A stretch of DNA of 39,492 nucleotides from an uncultured Lachnospiraceae bacterium (GTDB taxonomy: Bacteria; Bacillota; Clostridia; Oscillospirales; CAG-272), in NCBI GenBank assembly GCA_964579815.1, contig CAZOHP010000002.1, forward strand, positions 1-39,492, in the 5' to 3' direction. The notes below the pieces were generated by a model. The model had not been told where the DNA came from. It made no database searches and saw only the letters and a program-made list of their open reading frames with translations. Both the position numbers and the translations under genes were made by a program. How positions within the stretch are numbered: position 1 is the stretch's first letter; every line of letters begins with the position of its first letter. Below are positions 15,862-26,161 of this stretch, piece by piece.

Positions 15862-18800
15862 TTACAGATATGGTGTCAAATCAATACTTTTGCCAAGCGG
15901 CAGAGAATAGATCAGAATGTGGTCCGGACGGCGACCGAACAACCCCTCTACGGCATCGGCGTAGATGCGAAGTTGGTCGGCGTGACTGCCCAGCAATTGG
16001 TTACGGATGCCGGCATCGCTTCGATCAAGGATATGATCGGTTTTATAGTCGCATAGCCAAATTGTACCGTCGTTCTCTTCAAACAAAAGGTCCAGAGATC
16101 CTTGGACATACAGGGTGTAGTTCTCAAGTGCGGCAGCCAGCGACGGATTGCGAGTCAGATGGGCATACGGAATGAAATGGTCAAAATGAAGTTCGCGAAA
16201 GATACGATGTGCACGAGTCGAAGCGCGCGCGAACAGATCGCTTTGACAAAAAGCATCCAACTGCTCGCGACGCACAATGCTCGCCGCACGTTGCGACAGA
16301 TAGCCGTCCTTGACCAGGCGCGCAAGTTCCGCGTCTACGCCGCGTTCGGCCAAACGGGAAAAATCGCAGTGCTGCAAAAACAGATGTGTTGCCGTTCCGC
16401 GTTCGGCGGGAGTAGCGAGACGTTCGGTTTGCAACAATTCGTCAAACGGGCGGGCGGCACGTTGCATCAATTCAATGCGACTGCGGACGTAAGCTTCGGT
16501 CTCGGTGTTCGTTTGCTCGTCGCGCGGAATGATGTTTCCGTTCTCGGCGACAAATTCCTCGGGGAGCCAAACGCTGTCCAGCATGGCAACGCGTAACTTA
16601 GATGCGGCCGCTTTGGTCGGTAAGCGGCGTACAATAACGCGCGGATCAACATAGTGCTCATGTTCTTTCAAAATGTTGCGATAAAAAGCAGCATCCGCAT
16701 CGGAAGCCGGCAACGGCGCCGGCGTCGGAGGGATTCTTTCGGCTGTCGTACATTGGCAGGCGTCGTAAAGTTCCGCTGCCTGTATGCGTTCCACGCGAAC
16801 GATGGATGAATCAAGCGGTGCCGAGCGGTTGGAATCGGCCAAGGCGCTGAGAATCCAAGAGATACTGCCGGATGCATTGATGATCGCATGGCGGTCACCA
16901 CGCGTTGCCGCGTTGGCGCGTTCTTCCGTTGCGGCACCGGCGTTGGCAGTCAGATATAAGCGCTCACGGGCGCGTGTCAGCGCGACGTACAGCACGCGCA
17001 TTTCTTCCTCGCTCGCGCTCTCACGTATGCGGTGAGCAATGACTTCGCGTGTGAGTGTGGTGACCATGGAGGCGCTTTCCGGGCAATATTGCTTGGTGGC
17101 AATGCCGAACGAACGATCAAAGACGACAGTGGCGTTCTCATCGTTTCGATTGAATTTTTTGTTACAGTGATAGAGAAAAACAACGGGAAATTCCAACCCT
17201 TTGGATTTGTGGATGGTCATGATCTGCACGGCACCGTTTGTTTCTTTCGCTCCTATGGCCGATAATGGTTTCTGTTGCTCCAAAATGCGGCGAAAATGCG
17301 CTACAAATTGATAAAGCCCGCAGAATGAAGCATTTTGGTAACAACGAGCATGGTCGTAAATGCTCAAAAGGACGGGCGAGGTGGCGATGGGAGCAAGTGC
17401 GGGGTGTGCGTACATGCGGCGTAACAGTTTATCCGCGGGTAATGTGGCAGCCAGTGATCGCCATTCATCCAGTTGACGGAAAAAGGTGCGCAGTGCGTGC
17501 GCGGTGTTCTCGCGAAAGACACACGGCTCGCTTGTGAGTGCGTCACGAAGGTCATCATACAGCGATGCGGACGAGCGATTGTTTCGCGCGGTCAGCGCAT
17601 CGGCCAGCGCGATGGGAGAACCGGATGAGGACAACAGACCCATAAGAGAAATGTCATCGCGAGGATTATCGATGACGGAAAGCAGATTGATCATCATGGT
17701 CATGTCGGGGTGGTTGGCCGGATTGATCCCGGGGGAAGCGCCGGTCGGGATGCCGTAAAATCGCAATGCTTCGATCAATTTTTTCGTATCGTCTTCAGCT
17801 CGTACCAAAACGGCAATGTCTTGCGGACGAACGGGAGCGCCGCCCGACAGATGTTCGGTGCGGAGGAGACGATCAATTTCATTGGCAATATAAAGTGCTT
17901 CGGGATCAAACGGATTGCGAGGTGACGGAGTCTCTTTTTTTGCTTTGGTGTTTGTTGATTTGAGGAGAACGACTCGAACGGGAGCGGAAATTCCGTCGCT
18001 CTGCTTGCCGGCGATCAAGTCATCCTCCGATGGGAGATAGGCCAGCGATGTAGGGCAGACTTCAAACAGATAACGGCAGACGTCATTGGTGAAGTGAATT
18101 ACAGGTGGGTTGCATCGGAAATTTTCGGACATGTGGATGCGATTGCCGGTGCTTGCAAGCGGAGCATTTTCCGCCGTTGCGGCGGGGGAAAAACATTCCT
18201 TGTAGTGCGCAAACAGCGAGGGATCGGCGCCGCGAAAACTATAGATGCTCTGCTTGATATCGCCGACCATAAAGCGCTTTCCCCCTGCGCCGATCAGCGA
18301 GAAAATACGATCCTGCACAGCATCGACATCCTGATATTCGTCGATATAGACGGCGTCAAAGCGCTCGCGCAACGCATACGTGATATCACTCGGCTCGCCG
18401 TTTTCGTCCTGCAACAGTTTCAGTGTAAAGCGACGAATATCGGTAAAATCAAACGTCCCGCGCCGCTTTTTTTCTTCGAAAGCGGCATGGTCGTAGGCGC
18501 TCAGCAGTTCATACAACGCGCGTTGTGTGCGTGCGGTGCGTTGCATGCGAAGCCCGCATTCGGCTTCATCCGAAGTGAAATATCCCGGCAATTCGGCCGT
18601 CAGCAGTGCTATCACATCCTCGCGAGCCGTTTTGCATCGTTCGTAGTGCGGCGGGGCGTTGTTTTGGTTGATGCCTTTGAGGGTGCCCTCGGGGCGATAA
18701 TTCAAAACGCAGGTGCGAGCGTCATTCCAGTTGCCCGTTTCAAAGGCGGCGAGAAGATATTCGACCGCTTCCAGATCATGTGTGAACATGGGAATTTTTT

Positions 18801-19596
18801 TGGCGGAAACGGTTCCCATGGCAAGAATATCGAGGGCTTCGCGTAATCGGTCGCGCAGGGCTTGCAACACGGGCGTGTAGCAGTCACGCACCGCGCGCCC
18901 CTCACTGCTTTCAAACACGGGGAGTGATGCCTCGCGCGACAGGCGGTCGGCGCTCTCGCGCAAAATTTCCAGTTCCTCGGGAAATGTGAGCAATCGCTCA
19001 TATAATTTCAGTAATATCTCGGATGTGTCGCCGCGATCGCGGTTGGGCAAAAAATCATCCATGGCCAGGGCGAAAGCATTTCCCGTGATGGCATCCAGCG
19101 GCGTGGTCGGATCCGACGGAACGGCGTCGGATGCGGCGCGATATCCGTCGTCGATCAGGCGGGACAACAACTGCTCTTTGACAGGAGCCAACTCGCCGTC
19201 TTCGGCCAAACGGAAACCGGCAGGGAGCCCCAAGCGTTCGAAATTGGCGCGCACGATCTCCATGCAGAAAGAATCAATGGTCGAGATGTGTGCGCTGCCG
19301 AGCCCTAACAACTGATCGTTGAGATGGTGGCGCAGGCGGTCATCCTCGCAGGCTGCGATGGCGTTCGACAGCGCACCGGAGATGCGGGCGCGAAGTTCGG
19401 CGGCGGCGGCACGGGTAAAGGTGACAATGAGCATGCGTGAGATGTCGCCGCGGTTGGGCGCGTCCTCGGGGGCGGTCAGCGAACGGATGATGCGCTCGGT
19501 CAGTGTGGCGGTCTTGCCCGAGCCGGCGGCGGCCGAGACGAGTATATCCCGCCCGTACAACTGCATAGCACATTGTTGTGCCGATGTCCATTTCAT
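15862..19596 (-). CDS. addA: ATP-dependent helicase/nuclease AddA
   Basis: 1244 aa. UvrD-type helicase motifs (Walker A AAAGSGKT, DEYQD) and a C-terminal RecB-family nuclease motif LCDYKTD. Confidence 0.93.
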   Translation of the reverse strand: MKWTSAQQCAMQLYGRDILVSAAAGSGKTATLTERIIRSLTAPEDAPNRGDISRMLIVTFTRAAAAELRARISGALSNAIAACEDDRLRHHLNDQLLGLGSAHISTIDSFCMEIVRANFERLGLPAGFRLAEDGELAPVKEQLLSRLIDDGYRAASDAVPSDPTTPLDAITGNAFALAMDDFLPNRDRGDTSEILLKLYERLLTFPEELEILRESADRLSREASLPVFESSEGRAVRDCYTPVLQALRDRLREALDILAMGTVSAKKIPMFTHDLEAVEYLLAAFETGNWNDARTCVLNYRPEGTLKGINQNNAPPHYERCKTAREDVIALLTAELPGYFTSDEAECGLRMQRTARTQRALYELLSAYDHAAFEEKKRRGTFDFTDIRRFTLKLLQDENGEPSDITYALRERFDAVYIDEYQDVDAVQDRIFSLIGAGGKRFMVGDIKQSIYSFRGADPSLFAHYKECFSPAATAENAPLASTGNRIHMSENFRCNPPVIHFTNDVCRYLFEVCPTSLAYLPSEDDLIAGKQSDGISAPVRVVLLKSTNTKAKKETPSPRNPFDPEALYIANEIDRLLRTEHLSGGAPVRPQDIAVLVRAEDDTKKLIEALRFYGIPTGASPGINPANHPDMTMMINLLSVIDNPRDDISLMGLLSSSGSPIALADALTARNNRSSASLYDDLRDALTSEPCVFRENTAHALRTFFRQLDEWRSLAATLPADKLLRRMYAHPALAPIATSPVLLSIYDHARCYQNASFCGLYQFVAHFRRILEQQKPLSAIGAKETNGAVQIMTIHKSKGLEFPVVFLYHCNKKFNRNDENATVVFDRSFGIATKQYCPESASMVTTLTREVIAHRIRESASEEEMRVLYVALTRARERLYLTANAGAATEERANAATRGDRHAIINASGSISWILSALADSNRSAPLDSSIVRVERIQAAELYDACQCTTAERIPPTPAPLPASDADAAFYRNILKEHEHYVDPRVIVRRLPTKAAASKLRVAMLDSVWLPEEFVAENGNIIPRDEQTNTETEAYVRSRIELMQRAARPFDELLQTERLATPAERGTATHLFLQHCDFSRLAERGVDAELARLVKDGYLSQRAASIVRREQLDAFCQSDLFARASTRAHRIFRELHFDHFIPYAHLTRNPSLAAALENYTLYVQGSLDLLFEENDGTIWLCDYKTDHILDRSDAGIRNQLLGSHADQLRIYADAVEGLFGRRPDHILIYSLPLGKSIDLTPYL

Positions 19597-19626
19597 GTGA
19601 AGTTCCTCCTTGTTTGTGGTCGATGC

Positions 19627-22600
19627 TCAGGACTTGAATGAGCGAACGGCATCGGGACAACTCCGCTTCATGGGACAATAGCGACAGGCGTCTTGGCTTG
19701 GCTTGCGGGTCGCGCGCCCGTGCAGCATATCTTCTCCTATGGTGCGGAGCATGTCGTCAATCTCATGTTGCAACGATTGCAAGCCCTCCCGTGTCAGCAC
19801 GGAAATGTCATTGTGATTTCCCTCGTTGTTGCCCGCCGCGCGCAAAATATCCGGCTCGTCGAGCAACAGCCCCGAGCGTAGCGGTGCGGGATCGGAGTTG
19901 ATTCGGTCGGTGGCAATGTACAGCACTCCCGCGGGAACGGTTTCTTCCGAACGGCATAGACCGAAGAGATAGAGAGGCATTTGCAAATCAAAACCGCGAC
20001 GAATGTTGTCAAGTTTGAATTTTTTGCTTCCGGTCTTATAATCGACCACGCGCAAATAGGTCTTGCCGTCGTGTCGGTAAGCATCCACGCGATCAACCTT
20101 GCCGCCGAGCAAAATGGTGTGTCCGTCCGACAACTTCAACTCATAGTAAGGGGAGTCGGCGTCCTGACCGCCCAATCGATGCTCCAGTGCAACGGGGCGA
20201 AATTCGCTCTCGGCCAATTCATGCAGAATGTCACGCAGCAAAGGAACGGTCAATTCGCACAGCCGACGAAAGATATGAAGCGTGCGCAGATCGGTCAAGG
20301 TCAGCGTGTCAAGCGAACGCAGATAATCGCCGACCAGTCTGTGCGTGAGAGGTTCGATTTGGTCATCGGCGGGGATGACGATGCCGCCGTCCTTTTTCAT
20401 GCATTCACGCAGGAAATGCTCAAAAACATAATGAATGAAAGTGCCGCTGTCGGCAGCGTCAATGCGTGCCGGTGCGGTCTCGCGTAATTCGAGAAGATCA
20501 CGGCAATAAAAACTGTAAGGGCATTGAACAAACCGTTCGATGCGCGATTGAGACAAATAAAGCGTGTCGCCGAAATAGCGTTCCATCACCTCGGGGGACG
20601 GGTCGAGCGGAGAGGGAGGGATGGGGGCGTAGGTTTCGGCGCTTGGCACGGCATCTTCTCCCGAATCGTCGGTGTCTGTTGTGGACTCGTCGAGCGGATC
20701 GCAACTGTCGAGGGGAGCGATCATGGAAAGATCAAAGTGTCGAATGTGTTCTTTCAGGTAAGGAAAGAGAAAGAGCAAACGATGATAGGGCAGAGAGGGG
20801 GATTTCTTTTGATTCTGTGTATCGGCCGATACGGTGGATACGAATAATCGCCGCGAGGGCTTGGTCATCGCGCGGTGAACATAAAGCAATTCGTTGGCTG
20901 CCCGACTCTCTTGCAGACCGTCCGGGCAGAGTCCGAGCGGACGCAACTGTTCTTTTTCACTGCTTGTCAGCAATCCCGTATCCTTGACGGCGGCGGGAAA
21001 TTCGCCCTCGCACAGCCCCAGTACAAAGGAAACTTCGATATTCTCCACGCGTAATGTATCGGCCGAACCGATTGTCACGCTGTCATGCAATGACGGTACG
21101 GAGGCGATCTCGGTTGCGTCAAATACCATGCGCAGTACGGTACAAAATTCCTCAATATCCAACACGAGATTCGGTAGTTCGGTGCTGATTCCGGTCAAAG
21201 CGGTGCAGACGGTATCGTACACGCGGACCGTTTCTCCGGCTTGCTTCAGATAACCGGCGGATAACTCGCCGGAAGCCAGCGCGGCACAACGTTCGGCCAC
21301 ACCGAATTCTTGCATAAAGTTGTACAGCGCGGCCGCGAGAGCGGGAAACTTGCCGCCGTGCGCGATCGCGGCATGCAGACGGAGCAGAGGAGTCATAATG
21401 ACCTCGCGAACATGATCGGCGGCGGCGAGAATGGTCATGCCGCGTGGGCTGATTTGATTGGTATAACCGTCGGGATTTCGCGTCCAAACGGGCGCAGTGA
21501 AAGCCGCGCCGTTGATGCTCCAAGTGGTAATATATTGCTCAAATTGATCGATTTCGGCTGTGTCGACGGGGCATAGGCCCGTTTTGAGCATGGTCATAAT
21601 ATCTTGCGATTGCCAACCGTGCGCCACGGCACGTAACGCCGAGAGCAAAAGACGAGAGAGCGGTTTTTCGGTCAGCGTTGTTTTTTCGGAGAAAAAATAG
21701 GGAATGCCGTGACGCTCCAGCGCCGCGTCCAGCACGCCGCGATAGGTCTCGCTGTCACGGAATACTACGGCAATGTCGCCGTAGCGCGTGCCATGGTGTA
21801 CGAGGTCGAGAATGTGCAACGCAACGGCTTCGGATTCGGCGTAAATGTTGGCGGAACTCAGCAGGGTGACGGACCCCGTTTCGTTCGGTACGGGCAATTC
21901 GCCCGCTTTGAGTGAGAAATCCCACAGATGGCGCGCGAGCAGTTGCAACTCATCGGTTACGGCGCGATGATTTTCCGTCAGGACTTCGCGGTGAACCTCA
22001 ATATGATCTCGTGCACACAATCGAGTGATGCGGCGCAGTGTCTCGGCCACTCCCGTCAGCGACGGATCGGCCGTGTGTTCATCCGTACAGCACAGCGTCA
22101 GTGTCACTCGTTCGGCCTGATGCAGAATATGGCGCAAAATGGCGTATTCCTCGGCGGTGAAGTCGCTGAACGAATCAATATATACATGTCCGCCCGCAAA
22201 ATGCGGATGCGCGGCAAGCAATTCGTCGAGGTGGGCGAGTTCGTCGGAACTGCCGCCGTCGAGTGTCTCGGTCAGCAGATGATCGTAATTCTCGTATAAC
22301 AGAGCAAGATCCGTCAGTTTGGGACGCAACGCGGCACTTTCGGAGAGTTGCTCGGCGGCTTGCAGCAGTGCGCTCGGTGTGATTGCATTGGCGCGCAATT
22401 CATCGACGGTATTCAGCAGCATATCGGTCAGTTTACTGTCCGAGCGATGTGAGACGGTACCATATTCTCGCAACTGCGGCTTGGCTGTGCGCAGGGCTTG
22501 CCACATCAGCAGCGAACTCAAACCGGCGGGGATGCGCGCAGGCTGACCGCCGCCCCAGCGGTCGGAGACTTCGGCGGCGAGGCGGGAAAAACCGGCGATG

Positions 22601-22779
22601 GTGAACGTCAGCCCCGCGCTTGCGGGAAGACGGGGGAGCATGGTGCGCTCGCTGAGATTGGCTTGTTGTTCGGGTATGATGAGCCAGGTGCGCTTGCCTG
22701 CGGCTACATCGGCGGCGATGTATTCGGTCAGGCGAGTGGACTTGCCGCTGCCGGCACCGCCCAATATCAGATGCAGCAT
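19627..22779 (-). CDS. addB: ATP-dependent helicase/deoxyribonuclease AddB
   Basis: Start set at MLHLILGGAGSGKST (ATG at 22779, AGGAGG upstream). Degenerate helicase domain. C-terminal nuclease VVDYKTG plus the Fe-S cysteine staple C...C-x2-C-x5-C (FVQCPYSF ... CRYCPMKRSC). The ORF-track extension to 23031 overlaps queG and is rejected. Confidence 0.9.
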   Translation of the reverse strand: MLHLILGGAGSGKSTRLTEYIAADVAAGKRTWLIIPEQQANLSERTMLPRLPASAGLTFTIAGFSRLAAEVSDRWGGGQPARIPAGLSSLLMWQALRTAKPQLREYGTVSHRSDSKLTDMLLNTVDELRANAITPSALLQAAEQLSESAALRPKLTDLALLYENYDHLLTETLDGGSSDELAHLDELLAAHPHFAGGHVYIDSFSDFTAEEYAILRHILHQAERVTLTLCCTDEHTADPSLTGVAETLRRITRLCARDHIEVHREVLTENHRAVTDELQLLARHLWDFSLKAGELPVPNETGSVTLLSSANIYAESEAVALHILDLVHHGTRYGDIAVVFRDSETYRGVLDAALERHGIPYFFSEKTTLTEKPLSRLLLSALRAVAHGWQSQDIMTMLKTGLCPVDTAEIDQFEQYITTWSINGAAFTAPVWTRNPDGYTNQISPRGMTILAAADHVREVIMTPLLRLHAAIAHGGKFPALAAALYNFMQEFGVAERCAALASGELSAGYLKQAGETVRVYDTVCTALTGISTELPNLVLDIEEFCTVLRMVFDATEIASVPSLHDSVTIGSADTLRVENIEVSFVLGLCEGEFPAAVKDTGLLTSSEKEQLRPLGLCPDGLQESRAANELLYVHRAMTKPSRRLFVSTVSADTQNQKKSPSLPYHRLLFLFPYLKEHIRHFDLSMIAPLDSCDPLDESTTDTDDSGEDAVPSAETYAPIPPSPLDPSPEVMERYFGDTLYLSQSRIERFVQCPYSFYCRDLLELRETAPARIDAADSGTFIHYVFEHFLRECMKKDGGIVIPADDQIEPLTHRLVGDYLRSLDTLTLTDLRTLHIFRRLCELTVPLLRDILHELAESEFRPVALEHRLGGQDADSPYYELKLSDGHTILLGGKVDRVDAYRHDGKTYLRVVDYKTGSKKFKLDNIRRGFDLQMPLYLFGLCRSEETVPAGVLYIATDRINSDPAPLRSGLLLDEPDILRAAGNNEGNHNDISVLTREGLQSLQHEIDDMLRTIGEDMLHGRATRKPSQDACRYCPMKRSCPDAVRSFKS

Positions 22780-22781
22780 GG

Positions 22782-23624
22782 TCAATCCTCCTTTTCCCGC
22801 ATTTCGTGTAATAAGAGATTTCGTCGTATCGTCCGGCGGCCGCGCCATGCATAGGCACGGCGTTCGAATTGTTCGTCGCTCATGGCATCGAGAGCGGAAA
22901 CGTTCAAGTGAGCCAAGGTGTTTCGGTTGAAAAACGGTATGGGCGACCATATGGTGCCACGTGCACGCGCATGTGCGGTGTAGGGGCAAACTTCTTGGCA
23001 GATATCGCACCCCCAAACGCTTGAAAAGCATGTGAGCATATGGCGTTCGTCATCGGTCAAAAGGCCCTTTTTCTGTGTCAGCGCCGAGCGACATTCGCCT
23101 CCTTCTCGTATCATCGGACATGCCGACAGACAGCGCTTGCAGTGATGGCACTGCTGTGTGGTCGGCGACGTCGGCGGGGGCGTCGGATCGATGGGAAGAT
23201 CGGTGATGATCTCGGCAAGAAAAACGTAAGAGGAATAGCGCTCGGTGAGCAGCAGATGATTCAGTCCGCGCACGCCGAGCCCTACCGTGACGGCCGCTTC
23301 GATCTCGTCGATGGGCGAATGGTCGGCAAAACCGGCGAAACGATGATTCGGGAAGTCGGCGTGCAGACGAGGCAAGAGCGTATCGAACAGCATGCGGACA
23401 AACAGATGGTAGTCTTCACCGACAGCGTAGGCCGAAAGATTGCGGTCGGCAGAGTCGGCCGCGGGAGAGAGATAGGGAATGGCGAAGATCTGGACAAAAA
23501 GCGCTTGCTCGGCGGAGAAGCCGACTCGCTCCAACAGATACGGGCGCTTGATGCAACACTGTTCCAACGGTAAAACGCCTGTTAGGGTGATGGCGTGTTC
23601 GGCCAAATATGTACGTAGATCCAC
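22782..23624 (-). CDS. queG: Epoxyqueuosine reductase QueG-like (DUF1730 plus 4Fe-4S ferredoxin domain)
   Basis: GEDYH motif and two Cys clusters (CHHCKRCLSACP; WGCDICQEVCP). GTG start with a GGGAGGG RBS. The stop codon lies 2 nt from the addB ATG. Confidence 0.72.
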   Translation of the reverse strand: MDLRTYLAEHAITLTGVLPLEQCCIKRPYLLERVGFSAEQALFVQIFAIPYLSPAADSADRNLSAYAVGEDYHLFVRMLFDTLLPRLHADFPNHRFAGFADHSPIDEIEAAVTVGLGVRGLNHLLLTERYSSYVFLAEIITDLPIDPTPPPTSPTTQQCHHCKRCLSACPMIREGGECRSALTQKKGLLTDDERHMLTCFSSVWGCDICQEVCPYTAHARARGTIWSPIPFFNRNTLAHLNVSALDAMSDEQFERRAYAWRGRRTIRRNLLLHEMREKED

Positions 23625-23865
23625 GATAATCCCTCCCGACCGCTTGCCGTCCGCGCGGTGTACTTTGCACGGCGGCTCAATTGTTTCTTAACATATCATA
23701 CCATAAAAATGATTTTGACACAAGACGAACGTGAGATTTTTTTGATCTTTCAATCACTTTTTCGCATATCTTCACAAAACAGACATAAACGGCGACTATA
23801 ATAGAAACGTAGGATGGAGGAAACGGTGACTCCGTCGATATCAATTCGGAAAGGAAGAATGAATC

Positions 23866-25407
23866 ATGGATCAAAATTTTCAAAGTCAAAACAATGATCA
23901 AACTCAAAACGGCGAGATGCGCGACCCGGCGCAAGGGACAACATATACATCTTCGGTGAAAGGGACAAGCGGAAACGAGGGCAACCGTACCTCCGATTCG
24001 TCCGATCTTTACACGAGTTCGTACAGTTACGGCGCGAGTGTGCCGCCTCCGGCACCTCGCAAAAAAGGACGCGGTAGCCGTGCGGTATTGGTCGCGGTGG
24101 CGGCGGTTTTGTGCCTTGCCATGTGCTTTGGCGCGGGTGCACTCGGCAGTTTGCTGGTGGCCGACCTGCTGGTGCGGGATCCCTCGGATGTGTCGCGCCA
24201 GCCGGTTGACGGAAATACTTTAAACGACGGTACTGCGGATGGCGATTTGCCGGTCGGCAATACAGATACGCCGAAAACCGATGCCGATGCCGATGCAAGC
24301 GGAACGCAGGTCGTATTGCCCTCCGGAACTCAGAGTCGCAATCCTTTGCCGGAAATGAGCAAGAGCGAATCGCTCGGCTCGGTTTCTTATACCGGCTCCG
24401 CAGGTGATCGGGCTTACGGTACATTGGTCGAAGCGATCGATGCGGTGAACCAAACGGTTGTGGAAATCTTTACCGAAACCATTGTCAACGGCGGATGGCT
24501 CGGCAATTACGTAACGGACGGTGCGGGAAGCGGCGTTATCATCTCAAAAGACGGTTATATCGTGACCAACAACCATGTGATCAGCGGTGCTTCGAGCATT
24601 CAGGTGCGCACGGTCGACGGCACAACCTACACGGCGCAATTGGTCGGTACCGATGAGGCTGCCGATATTGCCGTGCTTTGGATTGATTCCGAAACGGAAC
24701 TGCCCGCCGCACAATTGGGGTGCAGTGCCGATCTTGTCGTCGGTGAGTATGTGTTCGCCATCGGCAATCCGCTCGGTTCTTTGGGCGGGACGGTGACCGA
24801 CGGAATTATCAGCGCCACGGCACGTTCGATTACGGTTGACGGTCAGCCTATGACGTTGTTGCAAACCAATGCGGCGGTCAATCCCGGCAACTCGGGAGGG
24901 GGACTGTTCAACATGGCGGGGCAACTGATCGGTGTGGTCAATGCCAAGGCCTCGGCGGATAACGTTGAGGGGTTGGGCTTTGCCATTCCCATTGATACGG
25001 CATATCAAGTGATCTGCCAGTTGATTGAATACGGTTATGTGCGCGGCGTGGTTGATACGGGATTGGAACTGTACGATGTTTCCTCTTCCAATATTCTGGT
25101 GGCGTTGCGTTACTTCGGTATGAGCCATGCGGGCGTTTATGTGCTGGATTCGGCATACAGCGATGAGATTAAGTATGGCGACCTGCTTGTGAGTGTGAAT
25201 GGCGTCACTGTCGATACCGGCGCGGAAGCCGAGGCGCTCTTCAAAGAATATGCGGTGGGAGACACGGTTACTTTGACGCTTTTACGTATGGAGACGCAAC
25301 TTCAGAACGGTCGACAGGTCGGCGTGGAGACAACGGTGAAAGTTGAACTGACCTTGCAAGAATATGTGCCGGAAGATGCCGGGATTCACTTTGAACGCGC
25401 CGAATAA
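23866..25407 (+). CDS. htrA: HtrA/DegP-family membrane-anchored serine protease with a PDZ domain
   Basis: Disordered N-terminus, TM helix AVLVAVAAVLCLAMCFGAGALGSLLVA, catalytic triad contexts TNNHV, ADIAVL and GNSGGGLF, and a C-terminal PDZ-like segment. Confidence 0.9.
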   Translation: MDQNFQSQNNDQTQNGEMRDPAQGTTYTSSVKGTSGNEGNRTSDSSDLYTSSYSYGASVPPPAPRKKGRGSRAVLVAVAAVLCLAMCFGAGALGSLLVADLLVRDPSDVSRQPVDGNTLNDGTADGDLPVGNTDTPKTDADADASGTQVVLPSGTQSRNPLPEMSKSESLGSVSYTGSAGDRAYGTLVEAIDAVNQTVVEIFTETIVNGGWLGNYVTDGAGSGVIISKDGYIVTNNHVISGASSIQVRTVDGTTYTAQLVGTDEAADIAVLWIDSETELPAAQLGCSADLVVGEYVFAIGNPLGSLGGTVTDGIISATARSITVDGQPMTLLQTNAAVNPGNSGGGLFNMAGQLIGVVNAKASADNVEGLGFAIPIDTAYQVICQLIEYGYVRGVVDTGLELYDVSSSNILVALRYFGMSHAGVYVLDSAYSDEIKYGDLLVSVNGVTVDTGAEAEALFKEYAVGDTVTLTLLRMETQLQNGRQVGVETTVKVELTLQEYVPEDAGIHFERAE

Positions 25408-25427
25408 CGGTAAGGGAGTGTGACTGC

Positions 25428-26123
25428 ATGTATCATATTTTAGTTGTTGACGACGAGGTGCGCATTCGCACCATCATAAAAAAGTATGCGGAATTCGAGG
25501 GGCACACGGTCAGTGAGGCTGCGGATGGGATGGAAGCGGTGTTGCTTTGCCGTAACAATACCTACGACTTGATTATCATGGATATTATGATGCCGGAATT
25601 GGATGGATTTTCCGCTTGCCGCGAGATTCGCAAAACATGCAAGACCCCCATCATCATGCTGTCTGCCCGAGGCGAGGAATATGATCGCATCAATGGTTTT
25701 GAGGTCGGCGTTGACGACTATGTCATGAAGCCGTTTTCGCCCAAGGAACTGATGTTGCGTGTGGGAGCGATCATGAAGCGTGTGCATCCCGTTAACGGTG
25801 AGAACGCGGTACAGCGTCCCAATGAGGTGATTGAATTAGACGGCGGAAAACTGAAAGCCGACATCACGGCACGGCTGGTCTTTATTGACGGCGAACGAGT
25901 TGATATGTCTCCCAAGGAATACGATCTGTTTTTCTATCTGCTTGCCAACCGAAATATAGCACTGTCGCGAGAAAAACTGATCTGCGAGGTGTGGGGCTAT
26001 GATTTTTACGGCGATGCCCGCACGCTGGATACGCATATCAAACTGTTGCGTCGCAGTTTGGGACGATACAGTTCGTATATCGTAACGCTGCGCGGTGTAG
26101 GATATCGCTTTGAAGGAAAATGA
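25428..26123 (+). CDS. OmpR/PhoB-family response regulator (CssR-like context)
   Basis: Receiver domain (ILVVDDE, DLIIMDIMMP, KPF) plus a winged-helix C-terminal domain (LTLRGVGYRF). Confidence 0.92.
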   Translation: MYHILVVDDEVRIRTIIKKYAEFEGHTVSEAADGMEAVLLCRNNTYDLIIMDIMMPELDGFSACREIRKTCKTPIIMLSARGEEYDRINGFEVGVDDYVMKPFSPKELMLRVGAIMKRVHPVNGENAVQRPNEVIELDGGKLKADITARLVFIDGERVDMSPKEYDLFFYLLANRNIALSREKLICEVWGYDFYGDARTLDTHIKLLRRSLGRYSSYIVTLRGVGYRFEGK

Positions 26124-26161
26124 CGGTGACGGTGCTCGCGTGAACGGAAGGAGGAGACCGC

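Noticed and set aside
22780-23031. N-terminal 84-aa extension of the addB ORF (track start 23031)
   Set aside because: The extension overlaps the 3' end of queG out of frame and is Arg/Cys/His-rich. The internal ATG at 22779 has an AGGAGG RBS and begins exactly at the conserved MLHLILGGAGSGKS Walker region.
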